DNA of 56,652 nt, the filler included, from Sphacelaria rigidula (lineage: Eukaryota), in the NCBI GenBank assembly GCA_964200075.2. It is 6 parts of 6 records of this genome, joined end to end, with 100 filler letters (N's around TTAATTAATTAA, not from the genome) between each part and the next. Parts side by side here need not be neighbours in the genome. Positions count along the whole stretch, not along the records: positions 1 to 9,359 come from CAXNAA020008681.1; positions 9,460 to 18,818 come from CAXNAA020008682.1; 4 more parts are not named here. One strand, given 5' to 3'. Below, in pieces: positions 1-11,574 of the stretch. How positions within the stretch are numbered: the stretch's first letter is position 1; each line of letters starts with the position of its first letter. Below the pieces are notes generated by a model that made no database searches, had not been told where the DNA came from, and was given only the letters and a program-made list of their open reading frames with translations. Position numbers and translations under genes: made by a program.

Positions 1-34
1 GGGCTCTCATTACATTTTTTCCCATACATCAAAA

Positions 35-70
<36 letters not shown>

Positions 71-71
71 C

Positions 72-175
72 ATCTCCGTGCTGTTTCGTCGTCTGTGGCC
101 ACCATCTAGCTCCCCCCATAACGATCATTTTCTCGCTGCTGTCAAGTGTATCAAATGATTTCACGCCACCTTCGC
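72..175 (-). mobile_element. Short 3' fragment of the LINE family seen at 26.1-28.3 kb, next to a (TA)n tract
   Basis: ctgtttcg.cgtctgtggccaccatcta...ttctcgct.ctgtc...gatttca.gccaccttcg aligns with about 26160-26255. Confidence 0.75.
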
Positions 176-718
176 GCGCGCGGGGTGGGGTCGAGGTGGG
201 GATTTTTGCTGCAGAGGTCGAGCATTTTCCCATCCCTAGTTACGAGTAAGGATGCAGAAGAGTATGAAAAACATTTGACTGCAAATTCACCGATCATACT
301 GGGGTGCTTGCTACCTGTTTTGAATAGCATGTAGTTAATACGAGGGGTGCTTTGTTCATCTCTCCTACCCAGCGCGGGGATCGGAGGGGAGAGGGCGAAA
401 AGGGCCACAACTGCAGGGGTTTCAACAGCAGTAAGATGCGCGCGGTTGGAGGGTTCGAGAATCTCGGCGAAGAGTATCCCTACCCTATCGGAGAAAGTCG
501 AGGTGAAAAAATCATGACCTCGTGGGGGCACACCCATTTGTTGCTTGCCTCAGTCGTATTGACCATTAACCACCGATACATTTCGAGATGGAGTACCGTT
601 CCTACTACTCGGGGGGGTCTCCACATCTCGCTACCTATAATACATACAGGGGTATGGGCATTGCAGTCCGGCGAAAAAAGGGACCAACAAGCTGCTGTGT
701 ATTGACGGTGCTTCATTT

Positions 719-753
<35 letters not shown>

Positions 754-1680
754 CACTCCGGAGAGCGTGTCTCGACCCATTTCATTTGGACGCTCACGCG
801 TTCTGTTCAGAGTCTGATGGTGTCTGTCCGCCGACAAGTCCCCGCGAGTCTCTTCCATATTTTTTTTTCGTAGGCGTAGATGAAAGCTGAGGAAAACGCA
901 CGGGGCGCTTGCCTTCCCACGCATTTTGTTCCAAGATCATGAGTTTTTTTGGAAGCATCATTTTGCCATCTCTGAGGGACGGCGCTGCATGCCCTTCCTG
1001 GATTCATGCCATCATTATTCTGGTGTCTGTGCTGACATCTTGGTAAATGCATGACACATACATGTGCAGCTATCCTCGCTGCTCTTTCCCCCCCCCCCTC
1101 CCCCCACTGATCCCATTCATTCTCCTAGCAGCGTTGTCTCTCCACCGGAAGCAATATTTATTCCGACCCCTCCGTTTCCCCCCCAAAGCTTCTCCGTTTA
1201 GCACCCAACGAAGGTTCTGGGCGTTCACAGTATATACCACATACACGCTCACATATATGTATATATCGCAATTGTTGATTTTTGGTGAACGACAGCTTCG
1301 GGTATACCTGTACGCCTTTTCGCCATAAACAGGTACATACTGTTCAATGACTGAAATACGATATTCGAAGCAGGGATGAACACCTTCGGGAAATTCTTCC
1401 TTGGGGCTGACGAGATTTCACCGCCTATTTTTTTTGTCTTCATGTGAGAAACCGTCGTCTGAAGGGTTTTTGCGTGCGTGTATCTCTCTTGTTGGTGAAC
1501 CCCGTGCCCTTCTCTATTTGCATGGATTGTTTATGGCGGACCAACTCCATAGACGAACAGGGTTGGGCAAACCTTTGCACAAAGAACCATGAAATAGTCG
1601 GACGGAGATCGAAGGAGGATACTTGATACTCAACCACTTGGTAGGCTGAAGAACTTCGTCGAAAATTCATGATACCGGAT

Positions 1681-1910
1681 AACCCTAACCCTAACCCTAA
1701 CCCTAACACCAACCCAAAGCACCGATGACCTTCGGGTAAGAGAGGTGCAAAGGGATCCTTAAGCAGAATATGTGTTGGTAGACCTCAAATCGGCGCCTGT
1801 GGCGCCGATTTGGACGAAAACACGTTCTGTGCACGCTAGGAACACGCGGGACTGTCAAGCCCTCTTGAAGATTCGGTTCTCGTTGTTCACACTCAAATCA
1901 AGTAATATCA
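1681..1910 (+). mobile_element. Family T element (MITE-like, with telomere-like repeats), + copy
   Basis: (AACCCT)4 at 1681-1704; perfect 12-bp hairpin CAAATCGGCGCC-TGT-GGCGCCGATTTG at 1786-1812; homologous to copies at 36.6, 40.8 and 41.7 kb. Confidence 0.8.
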
Positions 1911-1939
1911 GATTGTGGTCCAACTCTGGTTAACTCTAC

Positions 1940-2160
1940 TGCTGCTAGCGTGCGCAGAACCATTTTTGTTCAAATCAACGCCTGCGGCGTTGAATTGAGG
2001 TCTGGCAATGCACACTTCGCCTAGGAAATTCTGTGTGCTCCCTTCCCGAAGATTGTCTGTATGAACTTTGTTGGGGGGTGAGGATCAGGGTTAGGGTTAG
2101 AGATTGTTGCAATATGTGTCAACCATCAACAGGATGTAGCCCAACTCCGGTGAACCCACC
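1940..2160 (-). mobile_element. Family T element, - copy, convergent with 1681-1910
   Basis: Hairpin at 1971-1997; GGGTTAGGGTTAG at 2088-2100; terminal motif tcaaccat...gtagccc matching the family TIR. Confidence 0.75.
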
Positions 2161-5100
2161 TCCTAGAGCACAGCCCCCGTGAAAGATCAGGATTTCGGCG
2201 TCCGTACTAGAATCAAGTGAGCTAATTTCACCCTAACAAGTAGTAAACTTTACTGGATCGGAGACATGTACACATATATATATATATCGTCGAGCTCGGG
2301 GGGGGGCTGGTCCGCGGGGGGGGGGTGCACGTACACGAGTGCGTGTTGTAAAAAGAAGAGCCCCGAAGTGTGCGACCATCGTTTTTGTGGCAGGGCCGGA
2401 AGAAATGCGGATTTGTGTTCCAAGTGTAACATCTTCACTTACTCCGGGGAAACGCGCAAAGAAACGGGTACAGTTTCCACCGGGTTCATCACCTACGGGC
2501 CGGGAGTGGAGTTATCACATTTTTTGCAGCCCTCACATATTCCGCAATATGCCGCTTTCGTGCGGAATTTCATTGAGGATACGGGATAGGCATGAGAGTG
2601 GCGGAACGAAACAGGGTCACTATCCAAATCAGTCTCGTGGGGGAGGCGTTGGTGAAGTCACGGTGGGGCATGACTCTTGCGAGGAGGGAAACGTATGCCC
2701 CCCTCGCAGCCATCAGACGTTAGGCTCCGTTTTAACGAAACAAGAAAAGCGATAATGCACCGTGAGAGTTGACAGGGATTCTCGCGGTTTCGGTGACTGT
2801 TTTGTTGGTCCTTCCGATTGGTTAGGAACTGATGGGCAACCAATCGCAAGCACGAGAGAAAAACAAACAAACGCCAGCGTCACCCTTGCGCTCACGCGTC
2901 CCCACTTTTCTTGTTTCGTGAAGACAAGCACTTACGTCGGCTTGGCGACCACCGACTCTTTTGGTTCCCCCAGTGTACTACTACTCCCAGTGTAGAGTGT
3001 ACCACTTGATTGCCTATCTGAAGAAAATAAATCAAGTACAGGAAACACCTGTGATGTAGGGGTGGTAGGATGGGGATGTGAAAAGCGCTCCCTGACCGCA
3101 CTATAGTGGGGATGCCCCGCTAGTTGTACTGCATGCAAGATTCAAGATTCTAAGGGGTTCGGTGTATTTTCGGTCAGCGGATGAACCGTTGTCCCGAGCT
3201 GTCGCGTTGTTTGAAATCGTTCTCAGCCACACAACGCCTGAACTGCAGTTGCGCCGTAACGAGTGCATCATGGTCAGCCACACGAACTGACGGCGACGAG
3301 CCTATCGCACCGACTACGTCGCAAAACTCCGCGACAACATGTGTGCAACTGTACTGCCTGCGCACAGTAGTGCAGCAGCTTTCCTCATCAAGGACTAACT
3401 GTATTTCAGCGTTTTGGGTACAAATATCATCCGTTGGTGTACTTGTACTCGAGTACTGTACGATATTTTCGTTAGATTTAGAGTAGAGCGCGGATTGAGA
3501 GTGGCTTCGATCACTCGCTTTAACTTAGCCAATTCTTCATTCCGTGTGTGCTTTTCTTTGCCTCCATCGCTTGCCCGAGCTCACAGCTACACATCGATAT
3601 CCTACTCAGGGATTTGAAGGGCCTCCGTGGCAAGCTACTACATGAAGCATTTGGGGCCTCGTGGAGGGGCATTTCGGAACTGAAACGATTCACCCATTAA
3701 TTGACCGCTTTTTACTCTCAATCGTACCCTCTACTCTCAATTTCACAAAGACACTCATTGCAGTGTTTCGTCCGCAGAACGGTCGGTACCATCTCCGCCA
3801 TTGTTGACCGTATCGACAGTTTGTTGGACGATCACACAACTGCTAGCAAACCAAAAGCAACCTCGATAGAGTCAACTGCAGTAAACAGGATGGTGCAACG
3901 GCAACACACGTTCGTTCCTTCTAAACTCGAGACGGTGATCCACAGTCCAATACAGCACAGCGGAAAAGTACAGACAGTGCAAACACAACAACTACAGTAG
4001 TACAAACAGTAGTAGTACTGGCTGTTGTGCCAACTGCTCGGCGGCAAGTTTGCTCGCCACTCGGCGTAACAAACGACCAGAGGTTGCTTGCATTTTTTGT
4101 TCTGGTTGCAGGCGGCGTTTTTATTTCATGACACCGCCTATTCATCATACTTCGATTTATACTCGTACATGAAAGGTGAGGAGCATCACTACATGGCCGC
4201 TCTCACGTAAAGAAAATAATGCCGCAATATGCGAGCAATGCTGTAGATGTTATTGATAAATAAAAGCAATGGGAAAGGGGGGGATGCAGCTGAGGAGGGG
4301 GGGGGGGGCGGGGGGGGACGAGAGCACCATGTAAGAGAAAAATGATGAGGCCAAGACAGATGCATGTCCGTAGATAAACATGGCCCATCCCACAGCTTGC
4401 CGTTTCTAATGTCATGCCACGACAAGTTCCTCCCCCCTTCCCCGGGAGAACGCCACATTCGCGGCGAAATGCAACGTGAAGAGACACGAAATACTAGGCG
4501 TATTACTGCCCACAAGTGTAACGAAGCAGAACTGCACCTCCTTCAGAGAAAATTTGCACAAACTACTCTGAAACGTAGCTGAGATACGATGCTTCGAAGT
4601 AGATATCCCATCCCATCATCAACTTGCACCACACGGGGTGAAATGGGCTGAGGCATGCTCGACAATCAAATATTTCCACCTGATACTGCGCTCCCAGACT
4701 AGACCACAGATACAGATGCTGTACAGAAGAAGAAACCACGCAAACAGATCTGCTCTGTGTTTCGGAAGTGTCCACATTTCAGGGTAAGAATGTATGCGAC
4801 AAGCGCTACCGTCAGTATAGTCAGCATGGCGGTATAGGACAGCAGTGTGTAGGAGCTGAGGACATCGTCGTCTTGTCCGTTGCTGGCTAATTCGTCATTT
4901 CACACTTTCTGCTGTACACGTATGACCTTGACCTGTTCGGTTCGTCTCGGTGTTCACTACTCGTCGCCTACGGTATGGTGCGGTACGATGGTACTTGGCT
5001 GTGCTACTGACGGTACAGTTCAGAGCAGCGGCGCAACACAGCAGATGGCAGTACAGGACAGTACATTCCTGTAAATCCGAAGTTCATATCGTCGCAGCTC

Positions 5101-5412
5101 TTCGTATCTCTCCGATGAAACGTCGAGTTTTCAATTGACTGTATTGGACCTGCTTCGTGGAGGCTGCTAATAACATAAGGAGACCACCAGTTGGAGAAGT
5201 ACGCATCCACATTCCACCAAACATGAAACATTCCCCGCGCAGTGTTTGAACTCATGGAAGGAGGGAACGGAACATCCAGTGTGCGTACCTTCCTCACTAC
5301 AATAAAGCAGGCAGTAGTCTACGCGAGTGCAGGAGCTAGACGAATGAAGCCGACAGAAGAGTGGATAGGATGAGCAGCCCCCGACACACTGATGTTGGTC
5401 CATGTGCCTGAA

Positions 5413-5846
5413 CTAAATGTGTGTAGTGCTAGTGTCTCCGGCCTGTCGGGTGACACGGCAGACGAGGTGTTTCAATTTCACAGGGCCGTTCGCAGCGCAG
5501 AATTTTACCGGCTTGGGCTGTATAAAGACAAAAAAAAAGGGCACTTTGACCGTGGTCTGCCTCGAAAAATCATGAACAAACACATCATCAACGACAACAC
5601 ATGGCAACAAAGATGACAACAGATGCACAAGTAACATAAACAAGGTATTCTTCGATTTGAACCGGGGCCATCGGGTAGAGCAAACGTGGTCTTTCCCCCA
5701 AAGTACAGAACATAGCAGTACAGTCGCAGTAACAGCTACGCTTGTTCAAAGCAAATGACACGACCGAAGAAGTTCAGGAAAAAGTATGCGTCCATCCGTG
5801 GGCAGAATATTTCTTGCAGTTTGTTCCGCCCTCTAATAAAATCGAG
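5413..5846 (-). CDS. Putative downstream exons of the same gene: from 5846 (LDFIRGRNKLQEIFCPRMDAYFFLNFFGRVICFEQ) and/or 5517-5413 (PKPVKFCAANGPVKLKHLVCRVTRQAGDTSTTHI*)
   Basis: Phase-0 acceptors ggacag| and ctttttttttgtctttatacag| are both in frame with the first exon; the donor between them is unclear. Confidence 0.35.
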
Positions 5847-5934
5847 CTGTCCAGAGACACAACCTCGATCGAAATAAGCCAAGGTCCGGCCCACACTACC
5901 CCCACCTTATAGATTACAGTGTAGTACGACTGAC

Positions 5935-6020
5935 CTTATAGGGTCGGCGAGCACGGGGCTTGCCGTTACTCTCCGCGGCAGTGCTGCCGTTGTCGTTGCT
6001 ACTGCTCTTGGAATTTTGCG

Positions 6021-6054
<34 letters not shown>

Positions 6055-6102
6055 TGGCTCGGTGTCCGCCCGCGGCTTCGTCGTTTTTTCCTGTGCGTCC
6101 AT
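5935..6102 (-). CDS. Putative first exon of a small unknown protein (MDAQEK...poly-Ala...RRPYK)
   Basis: ATG at 6102, 56 open codons, AAG|gtcagt donor; poly-Ala encoded by a (GCT)n tract. Confidence 0.5.
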
Positions 6103-9100
6103 AGCTTTGCCGGCCTACTTGACAAAACTGGAATCAACACTCAAGCGAGGCGGCGGCGGCGTCGGCGGCGTCCCTCCTGCTCAAGCAACGAACCTCCAAA
6201 GTGCGTATTCTATGCTGAAGAAGGGTGTGGTGGATCGTGACTGCGACGAGAGTTGGACCCCCCGCCCAGAAACACGCGTCCCAGCCTTTCAGGAACAGCC
6301 AACCTTTTTTTGGTGCTTTTCTACAACAACAAGCTCTTTTTGCTCGTGACGGGACGCTGTGTGCACAAGTAGATTGTATTGCCGCCCGTATGAACACGCC
6401 AAACAGGTCGATCACACCACCGTGAGTCCTTGAACCAGCAGATAGACAGAAATACTTTATGCACGCTACTCTTGTACCTCAATCTCAGTGCTCTGCTGTA
6501 TCTGTCTATACCTCACGCAGGCTGTCCTCGGGTTGTGTTTCGTGGCGTTTTCTATGCACGAGTACATGCGTTTTTTTTTTTTGCACCACAGGGTGTATCA
6601 AGTACAGTTCACAGATGTACTGACTGTACAAAGCCCTACTTTTTATATTGAATTCCTGGTCCGTTTTATCACGCCGCACATTTTGCTCTCATACTACTGG
6701 AAAGTTCAGTGTATTCAGTATATTCAAAATTTTGCCAACCATTTTGGATCGTCGAATGGTGGTCAGATCATTTTTTTACCGTGTTTCGGCGAGTCTCTCC
6801 AATCCCCCAATCCCCCCGATATCGTTCTTATTCTGCGTTGTACCATATGGCAAAGTTGAAAAGACCGCGTGACGACGCGGGTATGTGTGCAGGGCGGTGT
6901 GCAAGGGTGAGAAAGAAGGAAAGAGACAGAGGAAGTAACGACAGCGTAAACAAGGGGCTGCACATTAGGTACTCCTATTTTCGATCGACAACATTCGAAG
7001 CAGCCGTCGTCGTCGTCGTCATCGCCGTCGTCGTCGTCGTCGTCGTTTGCTCCCTCCTGACAGTACTGTAGTAGTCTCACGATGTACTCTAGGGTATATA
7101 GATAGAGCACCCTTTGATCAGGAGCGTATATTTGATCATTGGCGACGACGTCGTGCAAGGGTGATACAGCATACAAATACATACTCTCTAGCGCGAAACA
7201 ATACCTTGGCCGTGTCATCTACAGCGGTAGTTGTATCGGTATTAGCGCTCAGAACGTTGTTGGATCATCGCATCATAAGCATATCGTTGTTAGTGCTTTG
7301 CTTGAAGCTAGCTGATCGCCTAGTATACAATGAAAACCTCTGTCTGGGACTTGCAGCGATGATTGGTAGTGCGATGGCCACGGTAAAGGCATGCATCCCA
7401 TGGGATTCGATTCAAATATTATAGCTGACCGAGAGTGTCAGCATCTCAGGAGGAAAAGTCTTCTTCCGGAACCCCGTGCGGTCTTGCTCTGTGAGGTAAG
7501 TCTTCCGTCGCTAGAATCAATGTGGTGCGGTACGGGTAGTTGAGTAGCGTTGCCTTTCGTGACCAAAATGAAGGTTCAAGGAAAGTTTGTGGACGGATCT
7601 GTTGGTGTGGATCACGAACCACGATTTTACACACACACTTGAAATTCGACCGTTGGATACGAAACAAACGGTCTGTGGGCGGAGAATCGCACATGTTGTG
7701 TAGTTTTAGCATGTGGCCTACAGCAAGGTGAGGTTGGCGACAATTTTTGTGTCAGTGGACTATATTATGTTTGGGGGACAGAGCGGGCACCATGACAACA
7801 ACTTGGTATGAGAGAAGGCCATCCATACATGGTACGTATTCCTCTTCTTTTTACTGTTATATTGGCTCTCTGTTGCGGATCGGGAAACCGCACCCATATA
7901 CTCATATGTCTGAACATCAATATTGAACACTGCTGGTTTCTGCCCGGTGGTCAGTCAGTACTGTATGTGCCTGCAGCGGCGAAATGGAAATAAATCACCA
8001 ACAACAGAGTACAGTACTGTTGTATGGCATGCGGTGGTTGAGCATTTCCTGCCCACCAAATAGGCCGGTCGCCCTGGTGGCTCAGTTGCTAACCTCGAAA
8101 AAGGAAATATATATTTCTGTTTCCGCGGTCTCGGACGGTATCATACCGTTTCTTATGGTTGGTACTTGTTGTGCTGCATATTTTCCACTTTTGGGACATT
8201 TGACAGGGTTTTGGGTCCCCGAACAGGGAATATACCGAACACCCTGACAAAACATTACATTGACAAAAACCGTACTTCGTACAGTATGGAATCCATGGTC
8301 TATTATTGATATTATAGACGCTATTTTTGTAGTCAGTACTACTTGCACGTGGCACACTTTTTGACCGTATAAAAATATTTCGTTCAGCAGGATGTGTTTG
8401 GAATATTACCATCATCACACGTTCTCTCTGGACACTTTGCATCACCCCGCCGAGAGAAGTGGACGATGGCCCAATTTTGAGATTCGCTTGGCTCCGAAGT
8501 TTCGAGAACGGCATCTCAACAAATATACGGCTGGACGAAGATGCTACGAGTGTATGTATGTATGTCGGCAGGCTTTTTCACGTACACTCGATCCTTCCTT
8601 TTCTCGAGGTATAGTGGTGCAAAGTTTCAAAGACATACGACGGCGATATTCACTGTTTGGGGGCAAAAAAACCGTGTCAAATGTCCCAGAAGGAAGTGGG
8701 CAATACGCTCCCCCCGAAACAACACTAACCATGAGAAAAAACAACGGTAAAAATCGGAGTGAGTGGTTCAACAGTGGTAGTAGGGGTGCACCACTTTTTT
8801 TCTGAGGCTCTGCACTTCAGGAGCCTTTCGATGACAAACATCTGTGCCTTTTTTGAGTGCAGCATCAGGAAAGTTGAGAGTAAAATAAATGTGCGTCCCT
8901 CTACCGTAGGATCACTCGGGTTTTTTTTCAAGCAGGTAGGTGTACGCTCCCAAGCTGACAGAAGAATGCATGATCAACACGAAAAGTCGGATGATGGATG
9001 GATGGAGAAGAGCCCGAAGAACGCATATACCAGTTGAGCAAAAACTAATCGCCACGGGGAGGTGGTGTTGTACACACAACGGACATACACAATGACAATC

Positions 9101-9155
9101 GCAGACAGAGAAAACAGAGAGAACGCAATCAACTGTGGTGGGGGGAGGGGGGGGG

Positions 9156-9290
9156 TGTACTCATGATCATGTATGCGATAGTCATCATCAGACCATTGAC
9201 CTCGCATCCCTACAAAGCTGTGGGTGTACTCATGATCATGCATACACCCACAGCTTTGTAGGGATACAAAGCTGTGGGGGGGGGGGGGGG
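9156..9290 (+). repeat. Family A module M2 fragment with a perfect 23-bp inverted repeat
   Basis: gtactcatgatcatg...gaccattgacctcgcatccctacaaag; inverted repeat 9206-9228 / 9243-9265. Confidence 0.8.
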
Positions 9291-9359
9291 CAACCACGTT
9301 GCACCCACTTCAGGGGGGGGGAATATTGCAACGACACTAACACGGCAATAAGCACCCCC

Positions 9360-9459
9360 NNNNNNNNNNNNNNNNNNNNNNNNNNNNNNNNNNNNNNNNN
9401 NNNTTAATTAATTAANNNNNNNNNNNNNNNNNNNNNNNNNNNNNNNNNNNNNNNNNNNN
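9360..9459. other. Artificial contig spacer N44-TTAATTAATTAA-N44 (stops in all six frames)
   Basis: Identical 100-bp block recurs at 18819-18918, 28278-28377, 37737-37836 and 47195-47294; the segments between are 9359/9359/9359/9359/9358/9358 bp. Confidence 0.98.
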
Positions 9460-9957
9460 TTTTGGGCAATCAGGCCGAAGAAATCGTGGATTTGGTGATT
9501 CGTAGTCGTGATGATTCGTCCTCACCGTGGACTCTTGATATTATTTTCACACCAACTACAAGGCCGGAGCGGGTTCGCTATTTTTGAGTTGTGTGCTTCG
9601 AGCCCAAATGCACCCACTGGGTTTAGCCCTTTCCAGGGCACGTCCCGCGCTCGGCGGTAAAAATCGGACAATGGCCTATTATTTCTTCTGCAGGTTTTGA
9701 GGGTTGGCTTGAAAAGCACGTGGAAATAGGGATCAAGCCAGGAATGTCTCACTGGTGCGGAGGCGTATGTAAGGTCTGAATAGGAATAGCGCTACCTTGA
9801 CGCACGACTTCTCCCTGTGAAGGATGTAGTCTAAAATCAAGTGTATCGCAAGAGACGAAGGAAAAAGGGCGATGGTTCAGGATGGTTAGTAAAGTGTCGT
9901 CAAACAGCCCGGACACTTTTCGGAGGCTAGCAACCCCCCCGCGTTTAGCACCCCTAC

Positions 9958-10259
9958 ACACGCAGCCATTTGGCTACCCCCCAAAATGCCTCCGGAGGGA
10001 TGCGCGGCCCTCCAGAGGCCAAACAAGCCTCGGCAGGCCTTCAATCCCGCTGGAGGAAACCAAGCACTACCGGCCTGGAGGGCCGTGCACCCCTCCGGAG
10101 GCAAAAACAAGCGTTCCGATGCGTTCAATCCCTCTGGAGACAACAAAAAAGTATTCCTTTGAAGGGCCACGCACCCCTCCGGAGGCGTTTAGTTCCTCAG
10201 GAGGCTCGAAATGTATACCGCCCTGGAGGAACTTTGGGGATAGCCAAATGGCCGCGTGT
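9958..10259. mobile_element. MITE, ~300 bp, TIR ACACGCRGCCATTTGGCTAYCCCC, with internal direct repeats
   Basis: Ends are reverse complements; another left end at about 18126. Confidence 0.8.
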
Positions 10260-10279
10260 CTAACGCTCATCATGTTAGC

Positions 10280-10610
10280 CGTTGGGCTGGAAGCCCATAT
10301 TTGCTTGTACTTTGTACTCATTAGCAATGTTTGACGTCGTTTTCGCTTCTCGCAATTCTGTTCAAACCACCACGCGTGCGAGAGTCGTGGCGCGTTTGTA
10401 CCTGCGGCGGTGCTGCCACGTGCGTCAGCCGTGACTCACCACTAGTTCTTCTTCTTCTTCTTCTTCTTCTTATTGTTATTATCATTATCATTATCATCAT
10501 CATTATCATTATTAGTTTTATCCTCCTATATATTATTACGCTAATGATCCGCCGCTCGATACTGGAATCAAGTAAGCGTGTGATCCTTCTCGGAACACTA
10601 ATTTACATCA
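10280..10610 (+). mobile_element. Helitron-like 3' end (hairpin + CTAG|T), (TTC/ATT/ATC)n tract, then Helitron-like 5' end (A|TC)
   Basis: CACG...CGTG hairpin 10417-10433, CTAG 10442-10445, A|TCCTCCTATATATTATT at 10521; same layout at 15.83-16.23 kb. Confidence 0.55.
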
Positions 10611-11469
10611 AACGCACGGACTGAAGAGGAGAAAACAGTAACCCTTCTCGATCAAACTGCAAACGCAGGTCGAAAGATATTTCGCGGCACAAGGTCAAGT
10701 TGAACGAGTACCCATATAATTAAAAACCCAGTACTCTGGACACTACCAATCCGACACATCATACCCGTGCAAGGCAATTCAGTGCTTTTTGTCAGCATCG
10801 CAAAGCACTGTACTGTCAACTAACCTGGAAACCCATCGCCCAACAACGGGACGTCCGACGTACGTCCGCTGCTAGAACGCAGTAGAACGCACTGCCATGT
10901 ACGCTGGTGACTGGTGGAAAAAGCGTAGTGCGCTGCTGTCAAACGCTTTGTCACCTTATATATTATGAAAGTGATTTGTATGTTGTGTGCTGAGCGCCGG
11001 ACGTTCCCTCGAAAGGAGGTCGCTTTCTTTTCCAGATAATTTGAAGCACACAGTTGTACAGCCCTCAGGAACAGCGTTGAGCTTCGATTTTCACATCGCT
11101 GATATATCTCTATCTCAGTGCTTCTAACCCCTTGACCGCAAGGGTTTGTGATCTGGGTCTCATATTCAATGTTCGAGTGACTAAAGATGGTGCCGACTCT
11201 ACAGAGGACAGATGACCCACCTGGGCGCTCAAAGGGTTGGACACAATGTACAGAATGGATATACGCCGCACAAATCGGTTTCAAAACCAAGTCAGACCAA
11301 CAAATCCCTACCAAGTGGTGAAAATCACTGCAGCAAACACTCAGTTTCCGTATATGTTGTGCTGGGCATGCACCCTTACAAAAAGGTCACGAATTACGAA
11401 CAGACAAACGATGCTGTTCGTGTACCCAGCTGTGCAGTGAATTTAAGGTGATCGGCGTGGCTCGCTTCA

Positions 11470-11574
11470 CCCTTAGACCGCGAGATAAGTCTTTAGTCTT
11501 TCTTGATCACGCATACTTTTTCCCACTTGAAATTGATGCTGATTCAACAGAAGACTAACCTCGCGGTCTAAGGA
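11470..11574. mobile_element. piggyBac-like mini-MITE (TIR CCCTTAGACCGCGAG, TTCA/TTAA flanks)
   Basis: Inverted ends; a related right end ctcgcggtctaagggttaa lies at about 18000. Confidence 0.65.

Noticed and set aside
1681..1706. True chromosome end
   Set aside because: Only about four repeats, internal to the contig and part of a dispersed element
7450..8551. Possible + strand small exons (about 7450-7495, 7710-7727, 8391-8551)
   Set aside because: Splice-like motifs only; no consistent frame chain or recognisable product
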